Shown piece by piece: positions 17,345-26,359 of a stretch of DNA of 29,788 nt; within the stretch, counting starts at the first letter, position 1, and each line of letters starts with the position of its first letter. This DNA is from Chloroflexota bacterium (lineage in GTDB: Bacteria > Chloroflexota > Dehalococcoidia > Lucifugimonadales > Lucifugimonadaceae). The stretch lies in contig PBHC01000008.1 of assembly GCA_002719295.1 (NCBI GenBank), positions 109,487 to 139,274 on the forward strand. Direction: 5' to 3'. The notes under the pieces are model-generated. The model ran no database searches, was not told the DNA's origin, and saw only the letters and a program-made list of their open reading frames with translations. The position numbers and the translations under genes were made by a program.

Positions 17345-19132
17345 TTATTTCAACTCATAGCACTCTAAAATATCTTCAATTTGAATTTCATGATAACCAT
17401 TTAGGACTATACCGCCTTCTAGATTATTGGTCAATTCTGTAACATTTTGAGTTAGATGTCTCATAGATTCAATTCCACCATCAAAAATAATTTCTGAATC
17501 CCTTACAAGTCTTATTCTTGCATTTCTAAGAATCTTTCCATCAGAAACTCGTACTCCGGCTATTTTTTGAATTTTGCCTCGAGGGAAAACTTCTAAAATT
17601 CTTGCAGACCCAATATTAACTTCAGATTTTTCTTCCCCTTGCAAACCTTGAATTATAGCCTTTATTTCATCCACAAGAGTATATATGATATCAAAGCTTC
17701 TTATTGGAATATTATTTGATTCAGATTGAGATTTTGCGCCACCTTGAACAATGGTTTGAAAAGCAACTATAATGCAATCTTCAGCACTGGATGCTAACAT
17801 GACATCTGATTCAGTTACAGCACCAACAGATCCTGAAATTATCTTTACTTGAATATCTTCACTAGTTAGATCATTTACTACTTGTTCAACAGCGGTCAAT
17901 GCTCCATTAGAACCTGTTTTTATTACAATATTAATTTCTTTTTCTTTTGAAGCCTTTGCTCTCTTAACTACTTGGGAAAGAGTAGTAATTTTATTATTTT
18001 GTTTTTGAGAGTTTCTTGATCTCTTTTGTATTAATTTTCTAGCTTGTTTTTCATTTTCTACAACTTCTACAACATCTCCAATTTGGTTTATTCCTCCCAT
18101 TCCCATTACTTGGATAGGAGTTGAAGGTTTAGCTTTTTTTACTTCTATACCGTATCCATCAATCATTTGTCTGATTTTTCCAGAATTATTTCCTGAAACT
18201 AATATATCTCCATGTTTAAATGATCCAGATTTAACAAGAACTGTTGAAATAGATCCTTTTTTAGGATCATTGTAAGACTCAATAATAACTCCTTTACCAG
18301 ACAGGTTAGAGTTAGAGTCTAATTCACTAATTTCTGAAAGAAGTGAGATTGACTCAAGTAATCCATCAATACCTTCTCCCTTTAGAGCAGAAACTTCAAC
18401 ACATAATACTTCTCCACCATAATCTTCCACTATTAGCTCATGTTCAGTTAATTGCCCTTTAACTTTATCAACATCAGCTCCCTCTAAATCACATTTATTA
18501 ACAGCAACAATAATAGGTACTTTTGCATTTTTAGCATGGTTTATTGATTCAATTGTTTGAGGCATCAATCCATCATCTGCAGCAACTACTAAAATAACAA
18601 TATCAGTAACACTAGTTCCTGAAATTCTCATAGATGAAAAAGCTTCATGACCAGGCGTATCTATGAACGTAATTTCAGATTTTTTGTGTCTTACCTGATA
18701 TGCACCAATTTTCTGAGTTATTCCGCCTTCTTCTTTTTCCACATCATTAGTTTTTCTGATTGCATCTAATAATGTAGTTTTACCATGGTCAACGTGCCCT
18801 AAAACTGTAATTACAGGGGCTCTTTTTTCACCTGTGTTTTTTTCAGATGTATCGATACTCGAACCTACATTAAGCGCATCTTCATTATCTAATGATTCTT
18901 TAGGTTTTATAACAGGGATATTAAAAGATTGCGCGACTCTTGCTGCCACTGAAAAATCAACTTCTTGATTTACTGAAGCCATTACTCCTTGTTTCATAAG
19001 AGATTTAATTACTTCTACTTGAGATTCTTCAAGAACTTCTGCTAAATCACCTACTGAAATAATTAAAGGTAACGATACAGGATCTCGTACTATTTCCTCT
19101 GAATTTATTTCGCCTGAATCGTTTGTAGTCAA
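17345..19132 (-). CDS. infB: Translation initiation factor IF-2 (short form, 595 aa)
   Basis: RAPVITVLGHVDHGKTTLLD, GGITQKIGAY, DTPGHEAF, NKCD and a single N-terminal IF2_N-like segment; TTG start. Confidence 0.97.
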   Translation of the reverse strand: MTTNDSGEINSEEIVRDPVSLPLIISVGDLAEVLEESQVEVIKSLMKQGVMASVNQEVDFSVAARVAQSFNIPVIKPKESLDNEDALNVGSSIDTSEKNTGEKRAPVITVLGHVDHGKTTLLDAIRKTNDVEKEEGGITQKIGAYQVRHKKSEITFIDTPGHEAFSSMRISGTSVTDIVILVVAADDGLMPQTIESINHAKNAKVPIIVAVNKCDLEGADVDKVKGQLTEHELIVEDYGGEVLCVEVSALKGEGIDGLLESISLLSEISELDSNSNLSGKGVIIESYNDPKKGSISTVLVKSGSFKHGDILVSGNNSGKIRQMIDGYGIEVKKAKPSTPIQVMGMGGINQIGDVVEVVENEKQARKLIQKRSRNSQKQNNKITTLSQVVKRAKASKEKEINIVIKTGSNGALTAVEQVVNDLTSEDIQVKIISGSVGAVTESDVMLASSAEDCIIVAFQTIVQGGAKSQSESNNIPIRSFDIIYTLVDEIKAIIQGLQGEEKSEVNIGSARILEVFPRGKIQKIAGVRVSDGKILRNARIRLVRDSEIIFDGGIESMRHLTQNVTELTNNLEGGIVLNGYHEIQIEDILECYELK

Positions 19133-19147
19133 TTTTATTCCATTTCA

Positions 19148-20629
19148 TTATCTTTTATTTTTTTTTCTTTTGGGTGACTTTCTTGCATTTTTCCCATCAC
19201 TGTTAGAGTTTTTTAAAGATTCAATATCTTCAGCAAATCTAATAGTATCATCAGAACTTTCTTTAGAATTTGAGCCTCCCAAATCCCATATATCCTCAGA
19301 AGAGAAATCTAAAATATCTTCTTTTATTTTTTTCTGTTTTTCTTCTTTTTGTTCTTTTTGTTCAAGTTCTTGTATTTCTTTTTCCAAAGCTAAAAGTTCA
19401 GCTTTTTCATCAACAGATTCCTTTACTTGTACTTCTGGTTGATCAATATCACTTAAAACATTATCAGATAATAATTCTTCTTTCGAGATATCTTTTTTGT
19501 CAGAAACTTCTGGCTCAGATTTGGTATCAATACTATCACTTGAAATAATAGAATCAGATTTAGGTTGAATCTCTTTATCTACTTTTACAATTACTTCTTC
19601 TTCAGCTTGAACATCTATTTTCCAAAGAGTTAATTTCGCTGCTAATCTTGCATTTTGTCCCTCTTTTCCAATTGCCAATGACAATTGTTTTTTAGGTACT
19701 GTTACTATTGCAGTACTATCATCAGGATTTATCACAACATTAGATACTGATGCAGGAGATAGTGAATTTGTAATTAGAACCTTGGGATCTTCATCCCAAT
19801 CTACAACATCAATCTTTTCACCCAAAAGTTCATTTACAACGTTTTGAATTCTTATGCCCCTCAATCCAACACACGCTCCTACTGCATCGACGTCTCCATC
19901 TTCTGACGATACAGCAACTTTAGACCTTGCTCCTGCCTCTCTGGAGAGTGCTTTTATTTCAACAACTCCGGATGAAATTTCAGGAACCTCAGTCTCAAAC
20001 AGTTTTCTTAATAATTCTGGATGAGTTCTTGAAACAATGATTTCTGGCCCTCTTGCAGTTCTTTGAACCTCCGTAACATAGAATTTCAACTGCTGTCCAA
20101 CTCTATATTTTTCGTAAGATGTTTGTTCAGATGGCGGCATTAAAGCATTTGCTCTTCCAATATCAACAAAAATATTTCTTGAATCTATTCTTTGAACTGT
20201 TCCAGGTATAACTTGACCTTTTTTATCAGCAAATTTACCAAAGACTAAATCTCTTTCAGCTTCTCTTAATTTTTGTAAAACTACTTGTTTTGCTGTTTGC
20301 GCTGCAATTCTTCCAGGATTATATTCCATAAATCCTGTCTCGATAAAATCTCCTACCCGTAAGTCTTTATTTAACTTTTTAGCTTCTTCCTCTGAAATCT
20401 CTGCCAAAGGATCTTCAATTTCATCTTTTTCTTTGACATTTAAAATTGTCTTAACAATTACATCTCCAGTTTCTGAATCTACTTCAACTAGAATATCCTG
20501 CCCTTTAGCTGCAGGATCTTTTCTATATGCAGATGCTAAAGCTTCTTTTACAGCTTCAACCACTATTGATTGAGGTAAATTTCTTTCAGCTGCCAATTGA
20601 GTCAAAGCCAAAAAAAGTTCATTTTTCAA
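19148..20629 (-). CDS. nusA: Transcription termination/antitermination factor NusA
   Basis: GRIAAQTAKQV, S1 domain, REAGARSKVAV, GACVGLRG and LSLAIGKEGQNARLAAKLT; TTG start with GGAGG SD; long acidic tail. Confidence 0.97.
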   Translation of the reverse strand: MKNELFLALTQLAAERNLPQSIVVEAVKEALASAYRKDPAAKGQDILVEVDSETGDVIVKTILNVKEKDEIEDPLAEISEEEAKKLNKDLRVGDFIETGFMEYNPGRIAAQTAKQVVLQKLREAERDLVFGKFADKKGQVIPGTVQRIDSRNIFVDIGRANALMPPSEQTSYEKYRVGQQLKFYVTEVQRTARGPEIIVSRTHPELLRKLFETEVPEISSGVVEIKALSREAGARSKVAVSSEDGDVDAVGACVGLRGIRIQNVVNELLGEKIDVVDWDEDPKVLITNSLSPASVSNVVINPDDSTAIVTVPKKQLSLAIGKEGQNARLAAKLTLWKIDVQAEEEVIVKVDKEIQPKSDSIISSDSIDTKSEPEVSDKKDISKEELLSDNVLSDIDQPEVQVKESVDEKAELLALEKEIQELEQKEQKEEKQKKIKEDILDFSSEDIWDLGGSNSKESSDDTIRFAEDIESLKNSNSDGKNARKSPKRKKNKR

Positions 20630-20657
20630 AGTTACCTCCCGAGATAACCATAAAATT

Positions 20658-20682
20658 AAAAAAAGTGGGCAAAGCCCACCTT
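20658..20682 (-). terminator. Intrinsic terminator / rimP-leader-type attenuator upstream of nusA
   Basis: Minus strand AAGGTGGGC-TTT-GCCCACTTTTTTT: GC stem GTGGGC/GCCCAC followed by a U7 tract, ending about 30 nt before the nusA start. Confidence 0.8.
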
Positions 20683-20723
20683 CTGATTTAATTCATCCTT
20701 AATTTTTTTTTTTCTACTTGTTC

Positions 20724-20732
20724 ATTCTATCA
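20724..20732 (-). promoter_or_regulatory. Putative extended -10 promoter (TGaTAGAAT) for the nusA-infB operon
   Basis: Minus strand TGATAGAAT just after the proS stop and about 40 nt before the attenuator hairpin. Confidence 0.45.
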
Positions 20733-20747
20733 TGAACGACGAAAAAT

Positions 20748-22475
20748 TTAAATCTCAATAGATATATTTTTAAAAAAGTTTATGGTTTCTTCATATGAAA
20801 GCTGTAAAGTTTTTTCATTATCTCTATCTTCAACTTCTATCATTCCATTTTCTAAATTTCTTCTAGATATGACAATTTTATATGGCAAAGATAGCAAATC
20901 TGAATCATTGAACTTTACACCTGGTTGAACAGATCTATCATCAAACAAAACATCAAGTCCTACTTTTGAAAGTTCAGTATAAACTTTTTCAGATATTTCC
21001 ATAACTTCTTTATCATCTGTTTGTAATGCCGCTAGATATACTGAAAATGGAGATATTGAAATAGGTAAATTCATTGAATCTCCAGTTTTATTTGCCTCAA
21101 TACAAGCTGCTAGAAGTCTTCCTACGCCTATTCCATAACAACCCATTAATATGTTTTCATCTGATCCTTCATTATTTGAGAAGTTCGCATTCATTTTTTT
21201 TGTATAAGCATCTCCTAACTTAAATACATGTCCAACTTCTATTCCCTTCTTTGCAACAAGTATAGATCCAGATTCAGAAATGTAACCTGCCTTTGCCTCT
21301 GCAATATCTATAACAGTTGATACGCTTAAGTCTCTCTGGATATTTATATTTTTGTAATGTTTATTTTTAATATTTGCACCTATAACAAAATTTCCAGGTC
21401 CCATGTTTATAGATTCATCAAAAATAAAATCTAAATTAGAAATTTTGTATGAAGACAAAAACCCAGGTATCAATCCTAATTCTAGAACTTCTTTTTCAGA
21501 TGCAGGCTCTAGATAGGTAGCTTTGAGATGATTTCTAAGTTTAGTCTCGTTTATGTCATAATCCCCTCTTATTACACAACCAATAAAATTATTATCATAT
21601 TTGTAAATAACGGTTTTTAAGATTTGATAATTAGGAATATTTAAATGCTCAACTAACTTATTGATTGTTTTAACTCCTGGAGTTTCAACCAGCTCTACTT
21701 TTGAGTGATCAAGATCTTTATAAGTATTTTTCTTAAATACAGCTTTTTCTACATTAGCTGCGTATTTTTTATCTTCACTTATGAGAATTACGTCCTCGCC
21801 AGATTCTGCAAGCATTATAAACTCATTTGATTCCTTCCCTCCAATGGCTCCTGAATCAGCATCCACTATTACAATTTCAGTTGAACATCTATCAAAGATA
21901 TTTTTATATACTTGAATCATTTTTTTATAGGAAATATCTAATCCTTCTAAATCTTTATCAAATGAGTATGCATCTTTCATCTCAAATTCTCTAACTCTCA
22001 ACAGACCTCCTCGTGGTCTAGGTTCTTCTCTATATTTAGTTTGTATTTGATAAAGAGTAAAAGGAAGATCTCTATATGAATTTACATTCTTAGAAACCAT
22101 ATCAGTTACAGTTTCCTCGTGTGTAGGAGCTACAACCATCTCATTTTCTCTTCTATCAATAAATTTTGCTAAAGGAGGTATAAATGTCTCAAATCTTCCA
22201 GATTTTTTCCACAAATCTGATGATTGAATCACAGGCATATTTATTTCTAATGCTCCCGATTGATTCATTTCATCTTTTATAATATGTTTTATTTTTTCAA
22301 TTGATCTCCAACCTACTGGTAAGAAACTAAAAATACCAGATGAAACTTGAGAAATAAAACCTGCTCTATGCAATAATCTATGGCTTTCAGTCTCTAAGTT
22401 TTGAGGATTTTCTCTGTAGGTTTTCCAAAAAAAGCTTGATAATTTTTTTGATCCTAAGAAACTATTTATGTTCAT
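20748..22475 (-). CDS. proS: Proline--tRNA ligase (bacterial type with INS editing domain)
   Basis: SHRLLHRAGFI, APTHEE, motif 2 YREEPRPRGGLLRVREFEMKDAYSF, GIEVGHVFKLG, MGCYGIGVGR and anticodon domain LFDDR...PGVKF. Confidence 0.97.
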   Translation of the reverse strand: MNINSFLGSKKLSSFFWKTYRENPQNLETESHRLLHRAGFISQVSSGIFSFLPVGWRSIEKIKHIIKDEMNQSGALEINMPVIQSSDLWKKSGRFETFIPPLAKFIDRRENEMVVAPTHEETVTDMVSKNVNSYRDLPFTLYQIQTKYREEPRPRGGLLRVREFEMKDAYSFDKDLEGLDISYKKMIQVYKNIFDRCSTEIVIVDADSGAIGGKESNEFIMLAESGEDVILISEDKKYAANVEKAVFKKNTYKDLDHSKVELVETPGVKTINKLVEHLNIPNYQILKTVIYKYDNNFIGCVIRGDYDINETKLRNHLKATYLEPASEKEVLELGLIPGFLSSYKISNLDFIFDESINMGPGNFVIGANIKNKHYKNINIQRDLSVSTVIDIAEAKAGYISESGSILVAKKGIEVGHVFKLGDAYTKKMNANFSNNEGSDENILMGCYGIGVGRLLAACIEANKTGDSMNLPISISPFSVYLAALQTDDKEVMEISEKVYTELSKVGLDVLFDDRSVQPGVKFNDSDLLSLPYKIVISRRNLENGMIEVEDRDNEKTLQLSYEETINFFKNISIEI

Positions 22476-23695
22476 CTAGTACCCCATTTTTTTTCTACAT
22501 ATGATTGAACCATATTTATAAATTCACCTGAAATATTATCTCCTTTTAAAACCTTAACTTTCTCTCCATCAACATATACAGGTGCGGCTGGATTTTCTCC
22601 AGAGCCTGGTAAAGACACTCCAATATTAGCAGCTTTAGATTCACCTGGACCATTTACAACACATCCCATAACAGCAACTTTCAAGCTTTCTGATCCTGGA
22701 AAATCATTTTGCCAATCTTTCTTTCTTTTATCAAGATAAGAGTTTATTTCAGACGCTAATTCTCTAAAATAAGTTGAGGTAGTTCTGCCACAACCAGGGC
22801 ATGAAGTAACTTCGGGTTTATAATTCCTAATATTTAGAGATTGAAGAATTTCTTGGCATAATTCAACCTCTCTAGATCTTGGGGAACCAACTTCAGGTGT
22901 AAGAGATGACCTGATTGTATCTCCAATTCCATCTTCTAATAAAATAGATAGAGCTGCTGTTGTAGCAACTATAGATTTCATTCCCATACCAGCTTCTGTT
23001 AGTCCCAAATGTAATGGAGCAGAACAATTTTTTGAAATTTCTCTATAGCAATAAACCATCTGATTTAATCTTGAAACCTTGCAGGAAATTATAATTTTAT
23101 CTTTACCTAGACCTAAATCTAATGCTTTTTCATAAGATAACAATGCACTTGATATCAAAGCATCTGATTCTACTTGTTCAGCGCTTTTAGGGTTTTTTAT
23201 TTTAAAATTTTCATCCATTTTTGAATCTAAAAGTTCTGGATCTAAAGAACCTGCATTAACTCCTATTCTAACCGGTTTACCTAGATCTTTTGCAATTTCA
23301 ATAAATGTCTTAAAATTATCATCTTTTCGATTTCCTAAACCTAAATTTCCAGGATTGATTCTATATTTATCTAAATACTCAGCGCAATCAGGGACATCAG
23401 TAAGGAGTTTATGACCAATAAAATGAAAATCACCAACTATCGGAACTTTTATGTTTTTATCCTCTAAAATTTTTTTTATAGGCTTTATAGCTTTAGCTGA
23501 CTCAGAATTATTCACAGTAACTCTAATAATTTCAGAACCTGCATTATATAACTCTTCAATTTGGGCAACTGTATTATTAATATCTGCAGTATAAGTATCA
23601 GTCATAGACTGAACTACGATTGGATTATTTCCACCAATATTTATATTTCCTACTTTAACTAAATGAGTAATTCTTCTCAAATTTACACCTTTCAA
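22472..23695 (-). CDS. ispG: HMBPP synthase IspG (GcpE)
   Basis: PIVVQSMT, DFHF, KYRINPGN, VRIGVNAGSL, PLHLGLTEAG, GIGDTIR, SCPGCGRT and AVMGCVVNGPGE. Confidence 0.97.
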   Translation of the reverse strand: MKGVNLRRITHLVKVGNINIGGNNPIVVQSMTDTYTADINNTVAQIEELYNAGSEIIRVTVNNSESAKAIKPIKKILEDKNIKVPIVGDFHFIGHKLLTDVPDCAEYLDKYRINPGNLGLGNRKDDNFKTFIEIAKDLGKPVRIGVNAGSLDPELLDSKMDENFKIKNPKSAEQVESDALISSALLSYEKALDLGLGKDKIIISCKVSRLNQMVYCYREISKNCSAPLHLGLTEAGMGMKSIVATTAALSILLEDGIGDTIRSSLTPEVGSPRSREVELCQEILQSLNIRNYKPEVTSCPGCGRTTSTYFRELASEINSYLDKRKKDWQNDFPGSESLKVAVMGCVVNGPGESKAANIGVSLPGSGENPAAPVYVDGEKVKVLKGDNISGEFINMVQSYVEKKWGTR

Positions 23696-25243
23696 TCACA
23701 ATCTTGAGATATCTTTGAATGAAATAAATAAAATCAATAATATAAGTATAATAAATCCAAGCCCATGAATGTAAGACTCTATTCTCTCTGGAACCTTTTT
23801 ACCTTTTCTAAATACTTCAATAAATAAGAACGCTAATCTTCCTCCATCAAGCGCTGGAAATGGAACAAGATTAATTATAGATAATGACAAACTAATAGAT
23901 GAAGCAAGGGTAATTAAAACAAAAATCTTATTAGTTATAGTTTCTGACGAAGATACAACATTCCCACTTATTTGTCCTAGACCTATAGGTCCAATAGCTT
24001 TAGGACCATCAAAAATTGGATTTGTAGACCTGTTTACTATACCTATTATTGAAAAGTAACTTAGTTTATATATTGCGATAGATTGGTTAATTGCATTAGT
24101 AAAATTCTCTCTAAATTTTTCTCTATAGATTCTAGGATTCTCGGTAGTAATTAGAATCCCAACTGATCCTTCTTTTATCTCATTAATTATTCCAGCATTG
24201 GAATTTATTTTTCTAGCTTCTAATAAAGGGATACCATCATAATCATCGTTGATAACAATAGGAATTTTATCTCCTATTTCATAATTAGAATATTTATTAG
24301 CTTCATTTAAAGAAATAGATTTTTCTGAAAAGTCATTAGATACTTCAAACATAGTAAAAGTCCCTGAGTAGTAATTAATATTCCTAGCCTTTGACAAAGA
24401 AATATCTACTCCAACTATGTAAGATGGAGGATCCCATCTTGCTTCAATATTGTATTTTTTTGAAGATTCGTTGTTATAAAAATATTTCGTATCTTCTCCT
24501 GGCTTTTGAAAAACATTAGGAATCCCGCTAACAATTTCCCAATTAGAATTTTTACCAAGATTTTGAGAAACCTCATTTTGTAAATCAGAAATATTATGAA
24601 TATTTTTATTATTTATTGAAACTATTTTATCTCCAGATTTTAAGCCTGCTAATTCAGCAGGAGAATCCGGCATTACATCTTGAATAATTATGTCAGTAAT
24701 ATTTTTTTCAAAAATAAAAATATTTACCAGAAACATCATTATAAAAGGCAATAAAAAGTTAATAAAAGAGCCTGAAAAAATTATTATAAATCTCTCAATG
24801 TATGAAGCACTGCTTAATGATCCCTTAGAATTATTCTTTTCTTCTCCAAATAATTTAACAAACCCTCCAAATGGGATCAAGTTTATGCTCCAATTCATAG
24901 TATAAACTGAAATTTTATCTTCAAAAATTTCAAATGTTTTTACAGGTATAAACTCAGTAATATTTTCCAAAGGTTTTTCTGTTTCTATTTCTGAAATTTT
25001 ATTATTAGAATTAATTTTTATAAAAATCAATTGATTTTTTTTAATTTCACCAGAAACATTTTTATCTAAAGAATAAGTCTTTATTTGTGACCAAAATGAG
25101 AAAAGTTTAGGGGGAAAGCCTATCCCAAATTCTAAAACTCTGACTCTAAAGTATTTTGCTGTTAAATAATGTCCCAATTCGTGTAATACGACCAAGGGAG
25201 TTATTATCAAAGAGAGAGTAAGTATGCTAATGATTATTTGCAT
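23696..25243 (-). CDS. rseP: RIP metalloprotease RseP (M50, one PDZ) with two large insertions
   Basis: HELGH, EFGIGFPP, IPFGGFVKL, PDZ segment VMPDSPAELAGLKSGDKIVSIN and NLVPFPALDGGR; conserved dxr-rseP-ispG-proS order. Confidence 0.93.
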   Translation of the reverse strand: MQIIISILTLSLIITPLVVLHELGHYLTAKYFRVRVLEFGIGFPPKLFSFWSQIKTYSLDKNVSGEIKKNQLIFIKINSNNKISEIETEKPLENITEFIPVKTFEIFEDKISVYTMNWSINLIPFGGFVKLFGEEKNNSKGSLSSASYIERFIIIFSGSFINFLLPFIMMFLVNIFIFEKNITDIIIQDVMPDSPAELAGLKSGDKIVSINNKNIHNISDLQNEVSQNLGKNSNWEIVSGIPNVFQKPGEDTKYFYNNESSKKYNIEARWDPPSYIVGVDISLSKARNINYYSGTFTMFEVSNDFSEKSISLNEANKYSNYEIGDKIPIVINDDYDGIPLLEARKINSNAGIINEIKEGSVGILITTENPRIYREKFRENFTNAINQSIAIYKLSYFSIIGIVNRSTNPIFDGPKAIGPIGLGQISGNVVSSSETITNKIFVLITLASSISLSLSIINLVPFPALDGGRLAFLFIEVFRKGKKVPERIESYIHGLGFIILILLILFISFKDISRL

Positions 25244-25246
25244 TTA

Positions 25247-26359
25247 TTATTTTATCTTTTTTAAAATTTTATTTTTTAGAATTTCTCTTATTTCAATTAT
25301 ATTATCAAAGGTCATTTCTTGGTCAAAGTTTTCATTAATTAATGTTTCAATCATTAAATTTGAAATCGAAATATAGGATATTTTTTCTGATAAAAAGAGA
25401 TCGACTAATATTTCATTTACTATAGATAAAGCAGAAACATACAAAGGCCCTTTTTTAATATAATTTATAGAAAAGTCGTAACATGGATATTTACCTGGTT
25501 TTACGCTACTGAAAGAAAGTTTATCTAAGTCCGTTAAATTCAATTTATTTACATAATTAAGTTCATTTGTTTCAAAACTCAAAGCATGCTGAATAGGTAA
25601 TTTCATATCAGTTTTAGAAATTTGAGCTTTGATTGAACCATCTACAAATTCAACCATGGAGTGAACTAAGCTTTCTCTATGAATTAAAACATCTATTTTA
25701 TCAATAGGAAAATCAAAAAGATAACTAGTTTCAACTATCTCAAAAATCTTGTTCATCATAGTAGAAGAATCTACCGTGATTTTTTCACCCATATCCCAAT
25801 TTGGATGTTTTTTAGCCTGTTCAGTTGTAATATTTTTATACTCTTCAACATCCAAATCTCTAAAAGCTCCTCCTGAAGCCGTCAAAATTATTTTGGAAAG
25901 TTTTTTTTGATCTCCTTGTATACACTGCCAAATTGCAGAAGGTTCAGAATCTACAGGGTAAATTTTTGAGCCATGTTTTTTTGCTGTTTCAATTAATAAA
26001 GGGCCGTAAGTTACTATGACTTCTTTATTGGTTAGACCAATTGTTTTTCCTGATTTTAAGGACTTAAGAATAGGTAAATAAGCATTTGATCCAGATGATG
26101 CAAACAAAATGAAATCAACATTTTTATCTGTAACCAATTTTTCTGAATCTATAAGTTTAGAATTATCTAAGCAAAAATCTTTTTTATCTAAATTGTCATA
26201 ATATTTAGGATTATAATCATTAATCTGTGATCTCAATTTTTCTAAATTTTTACCTGCAGTTAATCCATAAACTTCAAACTTTTCTTTATTACTATTACAT
26301 ATTTCTAAAGTTTGAGTACCAATAGAACCAGTAGAACCAATTATTACAATTTTTTTCAT
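25247..26359 (-). CDS. dxr: 1-deoxy-D-xylulose-5-phosphate reductoisomerase
   Basis: IIGSTGSIGTQTL, NKE, VDSE, LTASGG, HPNWDMGEKITVDS and HSMVEFVDGS. Start placed at ATG 26359 (ATGA overlap with the cdsA stop). Confidence 0.95.
   Translation of the reverse strand: MKKIVIIGSTGSIGTQTLEICNSNKEKFEVYGLTAGKNLEKLRSQINDYNPKYYDNLDKKDFCLDNSKLIDSEKLVTDKNVDFILFASSGSNAYLPILKSLKSGKTIGLTNKEVIVTYGPLLIETAKKHGSKIYPVDSEPSAIWQCIQGDQKKLSKIILTASGGAFRDLDVEEYKNITTEQAKKHPNWDMGEKITVDSSTMMNKIFEIVETSYLFDFPIDKIDVLIHRESLVHSMVEFVDGSIKAQISKTDMKLPIQHALSFETNELNYVNKLNLTDLDKLSFSSVKPGKYPCYDFSINYIKKGPLYVSALSIVNEILVDLFLSEKISYISISNLMIETLINENFDQEMTFDNIIEIREILKNKILKKIK

Noticed and set aside
20715..20726. Mini-ORF ATG AAC AAG TAG (minus strand) as a leader peptide for nusA
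   Set aside because: Three codons, no SD, and the ATG overlaps the putative -10 element, so it would not be in that transcript.
20720..20737. GTTC...GAAC palindrome as a LexA box
   Set aside because: The Gram-positive/Chloroflexi SOS box is GAAC-N4-GTTC; orientation and spacing here (GTTC-N10-GAAC) do not match.
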